In this document: in pieces, positions 52,045 to 64,000 of the stretch
Position numbering within the stretch: position 1 is the stretch's first letter
Layout of the letters: each line of letters opens with the position of its first letter
Source of the DNA: Octopus sinensis
Taxonomy: Eukaryota
Reading direction: 5' to 3'
DNA length: 64,000 bases
Assembly (NCBI RefSeq): GCF_006345805.1
Contig: NC_043018.1
Location: forward strand, 22,940,001 to 23,004,000
The notes under the pieces: model-generated
Seen by the model: only the letters and a program-made list of their open reading frames with translations
Databases searched by the model: none
Told to the model about the DNA's origin: nothing
Program-made: the position numbers and the translations under genes

Positions 52045-53126
52045 CTATCCATCCACCCATCCACCCATCCATCCACCCATCCACCCATCCACCCACCCAT
52101 CCACCCACCCATCCATCCATCCATCCATCCACCCACCCATCCACACACCCACCCACCCACCATCCATTATCCACCATCATTCCATCCATCCATCCATCCA
52201 TCCTCCAACCCCATCCATCTATCCACCCATCCATCCATCCACCAATCCATCCACCCATCCACCACCCATCCATCCATCCATCCATCCACCCATCCATCCA
52301 GCCATGCATCCACCCATGCATCCATCCATCCATCCATTCCATCATCCATCCATCCATCCATCCATCTATCCATCCCATCCATCCATCATCAATCCATCTA
52401 TCCATTCATTCCATCCACCCATCCTCAATCCATCATCCATCCATCCATCACCATCCACCCATCCCTATCCATCCATCCATCCATCCATCCATCCATCCAT
52501 CATCCATCCATCTATCTATCCATCCATCATCCATCCACCCATCCATCCATCTATCCATTCATCCATCCACCCATCCATCCATCCATCCATCCACCCATCC
52601 ATCCATCCATACATCCATCCATCCATCCATCCATCCATCCATCCATCTATCTATCCATCCATCCATCCATCTATCCATCCCATCCATCCATCCATCTATC
52701 TATCTATCCATCCATCCATCCATCCATCCATCCATCCACCATCCACCCATCCATCCATCCATCCATCCATCCACCATCCATCCATCCACCCATCCACCCA
52801 TCCATCCATCCATCCATCCATCCACCCATCCATCCATCCACCCATCCACCCATCCATCCATCCATCCATTCATCCATCAATCCATCCATCCATCCTTCCA
52901 TCCACCCACCCATCCACCCATCCACCCACCCACCCATCCATCCATCCATCCACCCATCCATCCATCCACCCATCCACCCATCCACCCATCCATCCATCCA
53001 TCCATCAATCCATCCATCCATCCTTCCATCCATCCACCCATCCACCCTGCCATCCATCCATCCATCCATCCATCCATCATCCATCCATCCATCCATCCAT
53101 CTATCCATCCATCTACCCATCCATCC
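52045..53126. repeat. ~1.1-kb degenerate (CCAT)n microsatellite
   Basis: Visible directly; abuts the R4/Dong-like relic. Confidence 0.95.
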
Positions 53127-54720
53127 AGAGAATAACCGGGAGAAAAACAATAAGCAAAAAGTTTAAGCGGAACCAGGCAGCAGTGTACATAGACACGAGA
53201 GAAGAAACCGTGTACATCACAGAAGTTCCTCCACGAGAAGACATAGACTCCCTCTGGAGGAAAATCTGCAGCGAAGAGATGGAGTTTAAGCAAGATGCTC
53301 TGTGTCTGCAAGAAATTCGAAGAAGTTATTGATACTGATACCCTTACGACAGTAACCCAGAAGCTTCAGGATGGAAAGGCACCTGGATGAGACTTGATTG
53401 TTGGATACTGGTACAAAAAGCTAACCTTCTACCAACCACATCTTACCAACCTGTACCAGTAAGTTCTCAATGGGAACAGTAGCATACCACACTGGTTAGC
53501 TCTGGTAGAGACAAGACTGATCCCCAAATGCAGAACCACTCACATGGTAAAAAACTACCGGCCAGTTTCATGCCAGAACTTAATGTATAAAATATATAGA
53601 CCCTTATGAAAGTAATAACATCATCAAAGCAGAATAAGCAGCCGGGAAGAAGGGAGTCCGGGGATGTACCGGGCAATTGTTAATAGACAAAACTGTAATG
53701 TCAGAAGTGTGAGAGCATAGAAGGGACCTAGTTTCAATATGGCTGGACAACAAGAAAACTTTTGACTCTGTCCCCGGCTCATGGATGCTAGAAGCTCTTC
53801 GACTTGCAAAAGTTCCAGTGAGCATAGTCAAAACCATAGTTAACCCGATGTCATCGAGGGCCACAATCTTGAAATTAAAGACAAGGAATGATTATATTAT
53901 CACCGACAGATTACAGTATAGCAGAGGTATGTCCTAAGGGGACAGCTTCTCTGTGATGTTTGTTTATACTTTCTGTAAACCCCTTCTCATTCATGTTAAG
54001 GAAGTCTGAAGGGGATCTCACTAGTTCACAAGGAAACAAAAATGCCAAAATTACACATTGTTTCATTGTGGATGACTTGAAACTATATGCTAAGAATATG
54101 CATGAGATGAAAAAGAGCTTTGACCTGGTTACATTCTCAAAGGATGTAGGGTAGGAGTTTGGTCAGGATAAATGTTGCTATATGGTTGTGAAAAATGGGA
54201 AAACTGTACGCCAGATTAGCAACATCTTTATCAATGGCTTAACTGTTTCGCTTATGTGGATGAAAATATATCTTCCGATGGCACCTGTAACAAAACATAT
54301 GTCACTAAAGAATATTAGTCGAATAAAGAAAATATGGACCTCAGAACTCTTTGCATTCAATAAAACAGTGGCCCACAATGGGTTTGCGGTGCCAGTACTC
54401 GTGCCAACATTCGGGCCACTTAATTGGGCGCTTGACGAAATCCGAGCCGCTAATGTGAAAACTCAGAAAATACTAGCAAGCACAAAATTTCCACAACAGT
54501 GACGTGGACTGCCACTGCCCAAAACGAAAACAAGGCGGCAGAGGCTTAACATCGATCCAGACTGCCTGTGCATGTCGTATCATATCCTCCTCGGCAACAT
54601 CTTTCAACCACAAAGTGCCGAAGTGTATCTCTTGACCAACTTTGCATGCATGAAGCTGATAACATCACGAAACTTGAAAAGCAGCTCCTTGAGCGTTTGC
54701 GAAATGGGTGAAACCCTATG
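53127..54720 (+). mobile_element. Degenerate R4/Dong-like non-LTR retrotransposon, reverse transcriptase region, truncated at both ends
   Basis: Frame-broken translation gives KNYRPVSCQNLMYKIY, GKKGVRGCTGQLLIDK, WLDNKKTFDSVPGSW, RGMS*GDSFS, HCFIVDDLKLYAK, FSKDVG.EFGQDKC and KQGGRGLTSIQ. Clade assigned from motif recall. Confidence 0.75.
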
Positions 54721-54878
54721 GAAGTCACGTGATTAATTAAATATAAATTCCGGTCTCCTACATCCTGATTTTACATACATACATATCTTTTATCTTCTAC
54801 TTTTTACTTTTTTCAGTCATAAGACTGCGGCCATGCTGGAGCATGTATGTTCATACACACACACACACACACAAACGC

Positions 54879-54916
<38 letters not shown>

Positions 54917-54918
<2 letters not shown>

Positions 54919-55307
54919 AGCAGTATCGCCCGGCGTTGCTCGGGTTTGTAAGAAATAACTATATAAGCATTTTTTAGAGATGTAAAGTGTATAATAGCCA
55001 TCTCAATATAGCTACCACAAAGGTGGTATTACTGTAGCTTTTTACGTTTTGAGATTTAATAATACATTTTTAGAGTTACGTCCCTATATATCCAAAAATG
55101 CATTAAAATGGGAAAAAATTGATGGTAAATTTTTTTTTTTAATCGTAGACTCATCGTAGACCGCGCTAATACCCAGGAGGGCTCGATATGAATCCCGACT
55201 ATAAGATACCTGGTTTTTGGTTCAACTGCACCGCAAAATGTGGGGAGTAGTTAGGAATCTAAATCGTAGGAGACAACAGCACACAACCTCACTTTTATAT
55301 ATAATGA
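54917..55307 (-). mobile_element. Non-autonomous Helitron, same family, inserted in (TA)n
   Basis: Reverse complement aligns end to end with 40261-40644 and has the same termini. Confidence 0.88.
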
Positions 55308-55501
55308 TATATATATATATATATATATTATATATAATATATACTATATTGGGTGGAGGTTGTAGGGGTTCGGTCCCCTGCTGGCAACATATATGTTCAG
55401 GGTTCAGTGCTGCACCGATAACCAGCTGGCGGCAGATCTGCCTGGAGTCAAATTAGTAGTAACATGGAACATGGAACATTCATGTGGTGATTAACTTTAC
55501 T

Positions 55502-55532
<31 letters not shown>

Positions 55533-55840
55533 CATGCATGTGTGTGTGTGTGTCTGTATGTGTGTGTTTGTGTGTAGGGATGTTTGTGTATGTATATATG
55601 TGTGTGTATGTGTCTGTGTATGTATGCGTGTGTGTGTGTATGTGTATATGTGCGTGTGTTCATGTGTTTGTGTGCGTGTGTGCATGAGTGTATATGTGTG
55701 CGTATGTGTGTATATGTGTGTGTTTGTGTTTATGTGTGTATGTGTGTATATGTGTTTGTGTGTATATATGTGTATATATGTGTATATGTGTGTATGTGCG
55801 TGTGTTTGTGTGTGTGTATGTGTGTGTATGTGTATATATG

Positions 55841-56632
55841 GCATTCACCTACCTGGGCAGCACTCTCTCCTGCAATGCCAACATAGATGCTGAAACCATC
55901 AACAGAATCTCCAAGGCAAGCAGCGCGTTTGGGAGACTGCGAAAGAAAGTCTGGAGCGGAGAGGAATCAGCCTCAAACCCAAGCTGAAAGTCTACCGGGC
56001 AGTCGTGCTTACCACCCTACTATACGGCTGCGAGACGTGGACTGCTTACCGAAGGCACGAGCGCCAGATAAACCACTTCCATCTCAGGTGTCTTCGGAAC
56101 CTCCTCACACCGCTGGCAGGACAAAGTCCCAGACACGGAAGTTCTGAAGCAGGCAGATCTCCCTAGCACCATCACAATCATGCGCAAGGCCCAGCTGAGA
56201 TGGGCGGGCCACGTCTCCCGCATGTCCGACACTCGCATCCCTAACACAGCTCTTCTACGGTGAACTCGGCCAGGGCAGGCGCAAAGTCGGAGGGCAGAAA
56301 AGCGCTACAAGGATAGTCTCAAGGTCTCCCTCAAAGACTTCTCAATCGGAACAGAGACTGGGAGACACTTGCTACCAACCGCTCATCCTGGCGCAGCGCA
56401 ATCACCGTGGGAGCAGGGACAGCCGAGGAGGGACGGATTCGGTCAGCGGAGCAGAAATGTCAGATGCGTAAAGTCAGAGCCGCCTGCACCGGTAGCACTG
56501 CCCCTACCCACTTCTGCCCCACCTGTGGGAGGGGCTTCCTTGCCCGGATTGGCCTCACCAGCCACCTCCGGTCTCATGGCGGCAGTTCCATCAGATGATG
56601 TCAGTTGGTCATCTTCGAACCGAAGGACGAAC
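55841..56632 (+). mobile_element. 5'-truncated RTE-clade LINE (3' end of the ORF with C2H2 zinc finger, plus 3' UTR)
   Basis: FTYLGSTLS, RISKASSAFGRLRKKVW, KLKVYRAVVLTTLLYGCETW, LRWAGHVSRM and CPTCGRGFLARIGLTSHLRSH, stop at 56596-56598. 3' hairpin cttcg/cgaag. Candidate TSD atgtgtatatat at 55828-55839 and 56638-56649. Confidence 0.92.
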
Positions 56633-56642
56633 ATTACATGTG

Positions 56643-56700
<58 letters not shown>

Positions 56701-56986
56701 TGTGTCTGTGTGTGTGTGTGTATGGTGTAGCGTACGCGATAATTTGTTTGCAAGTATTATGACTTATAAAGTAATTTTACAGAGGAAACCGCACTGAAAA
56801 GAATTTAGTGCGAAAGAAAGAAAGAGCAATGTTTATCAAGACTTATTCCAGTTCCTACAAGATTCCATTCCATTCCTCGGTTCCACGCCTGAATGCAGTC
56901 TCCAGCTGCAGGTGGTTCGTAAGTAGATTTCCGACATGGTCGCTCGATACACTACTGGTAGAGAAACGCGCGTGCGCTCGCACTCA

Positions 56987-57065
<79 letters not shown>

Positions 57066-57089
57066 ACATGAACACACTTTTGTGTATGC

Positions 57090-57527
57090 GCTTTGTATAT
57101 ATATTATGTCTATGAGCGTGTATTATATGTATAGAGAGATATAATGTATTTATATGTATGTATATATATATATATATATTATATATATATATATACACAC
57201 ACATATACACGCATATATATGTAAGTATATGTATATATATATGTGTGCATATCTATGTATATATAAGTATACAAATATATGTATATATATACACATATAT
57301 ACATGTACATACATATATATGTACATGTATATATATATATATGTGTATATACATATAAACATATATACACACATACACATACATATATACACGCATACAC
57401 ACAAGTACATACACAGCTACATGCATACAGCCATCCACATACACCTATATTAAATATATATGGATGTGTATATATACATATATATATATACATATACATA
57501 TATGCATATATGCATATATACATACAC

Positions 57528-57562
<35 letters not shown>

Positions 57563-57680
57563 CTGCATTTATACACACACACATACACCACACAACACAT
57601 ATATATAATACATACATACATACATACATATATATATATTATATATATATATATATAATATTGTCATATGTATATATAAT
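57090..57680. repeat. (TA)/(CA) compound microsatellite
   Basis: Similar tracts lie at 48820-49070, 55500-55840 and 61430-61890. Confidence 0.9.
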
Positions 57681-58300
57681 CTAACTCAAGAACACATCTG
57701 TGATGTTACTTGACGAAATATCGCCAGAAAATAAATATGACAAGATGACCAACAGCCTTTGGCTGGCACCAACAGACATTCCAGATAACAGAAATTATCG
57801 CAGCAACTGGGAAACCTGTCCCCGAAGATTTCAAAAAATGACCCCCTCAAAACGTTAACATTTTGGTTAACATCTTGTTCTTGTTGAAAATGTTTTCTTA
57901 ACTCCAAATGTCTGCGCTATCACCCACTTCGTAACCACATCATTTGGTGTACATATTTTTTTCTCAACATACATACATACATACATACATACATACATAC
58001 ATACATACATACGTACGTACATATATCCAGACGGGAGAGAGTGTGTCGGTAATTAATCTGGGGCAAATCTACAAATAAAATCCTCATATCAAGCTTCCAT
58101 TTCTCTGCCTTCACCTCTCTCTCTCCTTCTCTCTCTCTCCTTCTCTCTCTCCCTCTCTCTCTCTCTCTATCTATCTCTCTCTCTCTCCGACGTGCGTGCA
58201 TACACACGCACAGAGACATGTAATGTGCATACATACATACACACACACAGACATTATATATGCATATGTATTTACATATATATATGCATATATATATATT

Positions 58301-58482
58301 CTCTTTTTTCACTTGTTTCAGTCATTTGACTTTGGCCATGCTGGAGCATCGCCTTTAGTCGACCAAATCGACCCCAGGACTTATTCTATTGGTCTCTTTT
58401 GCCGAACCACTAAGTTACGGCGACGTAAACACACCAGCATCGGTTGTCAAGCGATGTTGGGGGGACAAACACAGACACACAA

Positions 58483-58548
<66 letters not shown>

Positions 58549-58720
58549 ATGTATATGTATGTATACGACGGGCTTCTTTTAGTTTCCGTCTACCAAATCC
58601 ACTCACTAGGCTTTGGTTGACCCGAGGCTATAGTAGAAGACACTTGCCCAAGGTGCCACGCAGTAGGACTGAACCCGGAACCATGTTGTTGGTAAACAAG
58701 CTACTTACACAGCCACTCCT
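58301..58720 (-). mobile_element. Family 1 SINE
   Basis: Full-length copy with an expanded internal (CA)n. Further partial or degenerate copies lie at 1-362, 44060-44400, 47915-48410 and 49078-49200. Confidence 0.9.
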
Positions 58721-59026
58721 ATATATATATATATATATACACACACATAACTTAATATTATCTATGTAATAATTTTAAACCTTCTCTACCAGTAGCGGCT
58801 ACCAGACGTTATCAGGCAGGCAACAGGCCTTCGCCATTTACTGGATATACATGCGGAAATCGGGCGAGTATCCGTAGAGTGTCTACGGAAACACTTTTAA
58901 TACGAGAAGGTAGAATGAACAAGTTTTATGACAAATCACTACAATTGTTTCGGCGCATCATTATCAGCTGCAGGAATCGATTTGTAGCGTTAAATCGATG
59001 ACTGCCACTGCGTCCGCTTCCCGTCC

Positions 59027-59180
59027 TTATGATGATGATGATGACGTTGACGATGACGACGATAATGATGATGATGATGATGATGACGACGACGACGACG
59101 ACGATGATGATGATGATGACGACGACGACGATGATGATGATGAGGATGATGAGGGTGATGAATGGTGGTGGTGGTGGTGG

Positions 59181-59233
<53 letters not shown>

Positions 59234-59237
59234 GTGG

Positions 59238-59283
<46 letters not shown>

Positions 59284-59421
59284 GATGGTGATGGTGATGA
59301 TGATGATGATGATGAGGAGGAGGAGGAGGAGGAGGAGGAGGATGATGATGATGATGATGGTGATGGTGATGATGATGATGATGAGGATGATGATGATGAT
59401 GATGATGATGATGGTGATGAT
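59027..59421. repeat. (GAT)n/(GAC)n/(GGT)n/(GAG)n trinucleotide tract
   Basis: Visible directly. Confidence 0.95.
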
Positions 59422-60503
59422 GTTGGTGCTCCGGCTGTGAAATAACTGAAGTGAAATTAACAGAAGTCTGTAATAACTGAGTTCCTCAGTTAAAGTTTAA
59501 TTAAGCAATTATTTATAAAGTTACGCATATTTAGTTTAATAAGGAAATTCAAATTAATGTTTTCTTCTTTAGGTTTGTTTATATTTAACACCACACACAC
59601 ACATGCACACGCACACACACATACACACATGCACACAAACACATACACATGTATATTTAAGTTTATAACAAGTGAAGTAAAACAAATTTAGTACATGTGA
59701 CAATATTTTTTGATTGTATACACAATATTCAATGACTTACTTTTGTATACACTCGGAAGAAACCAACTTCCTATGCAGAACGGACTTATTTCTGAACCTG
59801 TAAGAGAATCAATGATTATCTAGCAGGAAATAACGTAATTTTGAACAGTCTGTATGAAACGAGTTGTGATGATAACCGCCACAACAACAACAACAACGAC
59901 AGCACCAGTAATAACGCATACACTCGCACGAACACACGGACACACATACGCACACGCTTGTATTGCACAAAACGAAGGAATGAATGGAGAGTTGAAACAA
60001 CCTCATGTAGGAGAGCCATAGATGTAAATTATTTGATGGAGAAAAAAGTCACCTCGGCAGATCTGTGTAACAAATGCCGGTGCATCACTACCTCACTCTC
60101 TTACCAGTCAGCGAGAAAGGAAGGAAAAAGAAAGCAGGAAATAACTTATTTCCGGATTTCAATGATGCAGAGCTTTCCTCGTGTATCCAAAAGAGCAAGT
60201 ACCAACAGAATTAGTCAATACATGAAATGACATTCTCCACCAGTCGGGGCTGAAAGAAATGAAACATTAAAAGACCTGGGTTTGCACCCCCTTAGCAAAT
60301 TTTGTTGCTGGGCCACTGTCCAGTAGGATCATAGAATCAAACATCAAAAATCCAATATTGTTCTTGTCGGGTACTATATTTTAAAAGAGATTTGATGGGT
60401 ATTTCTAGCAGTTGGAGTGATCATGTAGAGGTTTCTAAAGTTTGTTTATATAGACACGTGCTTGTAATATATATTAATATATGTATGTATATTATTATAT
60501 ATA

Positions 60504-60574
<71 letters not shown>

Positions 60575-60826
60575 ATAATCAGCCGAAATTGCGAGGATGA
60601 TCCGGTTCTTGACAGAAGATTAGAGGCTTCGAATGACCCGTCCGTTTTTGTGTCGTCTATTTGAATGTTTTGCGTTCTTGTCCCATTTTGTATTTTTATA
60701 TATATTCTTTATACATACATACATATATATTATATATGTGTCCTGTACACATATATGCGTGTATATGTACATGTAGAGGTAGGTACGTACATATATGTTT
60801 ATATATATGCATATGTTCTATTTTAT

Positions 60827-60946
<120 letters not shown>

Positions 60947-61752
60947 TACATATATACATATCTATCCATCTATCTTATCCTTTATCTTTTACTTGTTTCA
61001 GTCATTTGACTGTGGCCATGCTATATACATATTTACACCCACACCCACAACATATGTATGAATGCATGTATGTATATTAGTTTTAAAAAATGGGATTGAC
61101 TTTTTATGTTTTCCACATTCTTGGACTCTTAAATTCCTATACAGTTTTTGATTGAAGAATCAAATTACAAATTCTAGGAGCATAATCTCCAGTGCACCTC
61201 TTTTATCGGTATTCTTCTCTTTTGTTTGTTTGTTTTAATGTTACTTATTTTCTTTTTTCTTTTTTTCACTTAGTTTTTGGTCCTATTTCTTCGAGCGGGA
61301 TTTTGGCATTGCTCGTTCAGATATTTTAAAAAGATTTCCTTTCTATTTCACAATTGTGTCAACATCAATATGGACATTTATATAAAATATATATAGGACT
61401 TCTCAGATATATGTCAAGATTATGTGTGTGTGTGTATGTGTATGTAATTAAATGCATATGTTTTACAGCAACACATTAAAGCATATCTATACACACACAC
61501 ACACACATACACACAAAAGCCCATACACATGCACATACACATCACAAATACACTCACACATATATATATTCAAGCATGTATGTATATGCATGTATGTATA
61601 TGCATGTATGATTTATGTAGGCATGCATGCACGTATGTATATGTTTGCATTGTATGCATATATAATACATACGTATACACACACACACACGCACACATAT
61701 ATATATAGATATATATATATACACACGCAAACATAAGTTTATAAAGAATTAC

Positions 61753-61845
<93 letters not shown>

Positions 61846-62354
61846 ATATATAATATATATATATATATATACATATACGCATATTAATGTATGTATGTGG
61901 TATTGTGAATTCCACAATTTCAATAAACGAAGCCCCAGCAAGGCAAACATTAAAAGAGAAAAGAAAAAAAAAACCAGAAGAAATTATATTTATTTAATAC
62001 CCCTTACAACATTTTCAACCCCAGACCAGACTTTACTTCACGATGAAACAGGATATTGAAACGTTGTTGAAATTAGTTTCGAATTTATTTCACTGGGGTC
62101 GACTGCGTTCAACAATGGCGTAAGCAGGATTTTAGATTCGTCGCCGAGATCGAGAGAGTGTGTAAACATCACCGCAGGCCAGGACGTCTTGGTGAGAGAA
62201 TACTACCGTCCTACTACGGTTTTATAAGGTCTGTCTGCGCATACTGCCATGAGTGAGAAGCAGTCGGTGGGTGAGGAGAAATTCTCTGGCAGTTCTGTCT
62301 GCTTTCCATATTAATTGCTAATCCATCATGCATCATGGTATTAGTGGGTTACCG

Positions 62355-62422
<68 letters not shown>

Positions 62423-64000
62423 CATACATATTATATATATATATATATATATATGTATATAGAAACATACACGTATACATATATATATGTGTATGAATAT
62501 ATATGTGTGTGTGTGTATATATGTATGTGTGTGTGTAAGAATGTGTGTATATATATATATATATATACATATTCATACACATATTCATATACATATACAT
62601 ACACACACACAGACCATCATCGTTATTGTCATTATTGAGGCGGCGAGTTGGTAAAATCATTAAAGTGCCGGACAAATTGATTAACAACATTTCTTCCGAG
62701 TTTCTGTTCTAAGTTCAAATGTTTTCAAGATAGACTTTGCCTTTTATTCTTTTGGGGGTCGATAAAATAAGAGCCAGTTGAGTAAGGGGTCAATGTATTC
62801 GACAAGCTCCCTGTTCCTAAATTTCAGGCCTTGTGCCTATAGTAGAATGGCTCGTTATTATCATTATTGTTATTGAGTGAGGGAGCAGCACGCGCCATCA
62901 AAGTGATGCTGAAGTACAAATACACGAAGCCCATGGCTACCCGTCTGATAAGGGTACACAACGAATATCAGTCTGATAAGGGTACACAAGACACATGCAT
63001 CAAACCATAAATACGCGACATGATGAACTCATATGAAGATAAACAGCGCATGACCTTGCAGGTGGGGCCCAGTAAGAATTTCCTTCAGGTCGAGAAGCCC
63101 TTCCTGTTCAAAAGCTCCCTGAATAAGGATTGCTTAAGGATGATGAATGAAACACCCATGTTCCCTGTGGGGAATTTTTCAAATGCCACGCAATTCCTCT
63201 CAGCATATGCTTGTGATGCCCCTCACCCCTCACTACTCCTGTTCGTGATCAGAGATGCACGCATCGTCTGTCACTAAAGAACATGCTCAACTGGTTAAGG
63301 TCAGACAACTAACAGGCAAATCTGTAATACTCAGCAGCATATTAGCTGTAGCCCATAGTTTATACCATTTTTATTATTATCATTATTATTATTATTATTA
63401 TTATTAAAAGACCGTGATTTGATTGAATCGTCAGCACGCCGGGCGAAATGCTTATTGATAAAATAAGTAGCAGTTGAGCATTGAGATCGACTGGGGATGG
63501 GATGTAATCGACTATTCTCCTCCCACAAAATTAGAAAGGATTGTCATCATCATCATCAGCAGCAGCATCATCATCATCATCATCATCGCTCAAATGCGAA
63601 ATGAAGATTGCAAAGCTTGTGTCAAATCGTCTGTTTGTATTTCTGAAAGTTTGAGGATGCTAGTGATATCCAAGTTTAAATGGATTCATAGGTCATCCGA
63701 TGGTTATGATAAATGTTACATTTGACTGTGACTGAGGATATAACTGAATTTGAGGCAATTAGCATTGACTGGTCACAAGTTTATTGAATGGCATTTGTAT
63801 ATTTTATTTATATATGATAGAGTATTATCGAAGATCGATAGCGTTGTATCCATAATATTGAAAGAATCTTAATATATTCTTATCCGCAGGTGCAGTACAA
63901 TTCAACAAGGCAGAGAAGTATTTTCTCTAATCGGGGTATTGATAATGACTGAATGTGGTGTATGAAACCATACAAATTTTGTCCTACATTTTCCTCTTTT

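Noticed and set aside
52013-53332. 439-aa ORF, the longest in the track
   Set aside because: It is (CCAT)n read-through (HPSI repeats). Only the last ~65 aa come from the LINE relic.
56829-56924. Plus-strand ATG...TGGTTC|gtaagt as a possible first exon
   Set aside because: A single donor match, an unrecognised peptide and no partner exon identified.
58998-59445. Poly-Asp/Glu ORFs suggestive of an acidic biomineralisation protein
   Set aside because: Almost entirely trinucleotide repeat, open in several frames, with no signal peptide or convincing splice context. It cannot be fully excluded without RNA data.
60590-60700. Possible third hammerhead-like motif (gaag...cttc gaa)
   Set aside because: Core nucleotides and stems I and III cannot be assigned.
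62880-63330. GC-richer block with a 19-bp direct repeat (62943-62961 and 62971-62989) and an 85-aa ORF
   Set aside because: Probably an unclassified dispersed repeat, but it is single-copy in this window and has no recognisable protein motif.

Overview
Eukaryotic, AT-rich and extremely repeat-rich genomic DNA. The SINE repertoire and microsatellite load look like a coleoid cephalopod, probably Octopus; this is inferred from memory of these repeats, not from a search. The only protein-coding gene I can firmly support is ALAD (delta-aminolevulinate dehydratase / porphobilinogen synthase) on the + strand. It has eight coding exons from 17297 to 32906, all bounded by GT-AG, phase-consistent, and giving 295 aa with the Zn-binding Cys triad and both catalytic Lys. 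The exon for the conserved N-terminal ~38 residues could not be found. The rest of the window is: at least five tRNA-headed SINE families, which are modular, nested and partly multimerised; non-autonomous DNA transposons (piggyBac/TTAA, Tc1-mariner, hAT, MULE-like, Helitron, Helentron-like, long foldbacks); two LINE relics (R4/Dong-like and RTE); Penelope-type fragments carrying minimal hammerhead ribozyme motifs; and long microsatellites. Nearly all ORFs in the supplied track are microsatellite or SINE artefacts. Splice-bounded unique segments near 42-46 kb and 59.7-62.1 kb hint at a further transcript that I cannot identify. I found no rRNA, true tRNA or CRISPR. Repeat boundaries are approximate unless a TSD is quoted.
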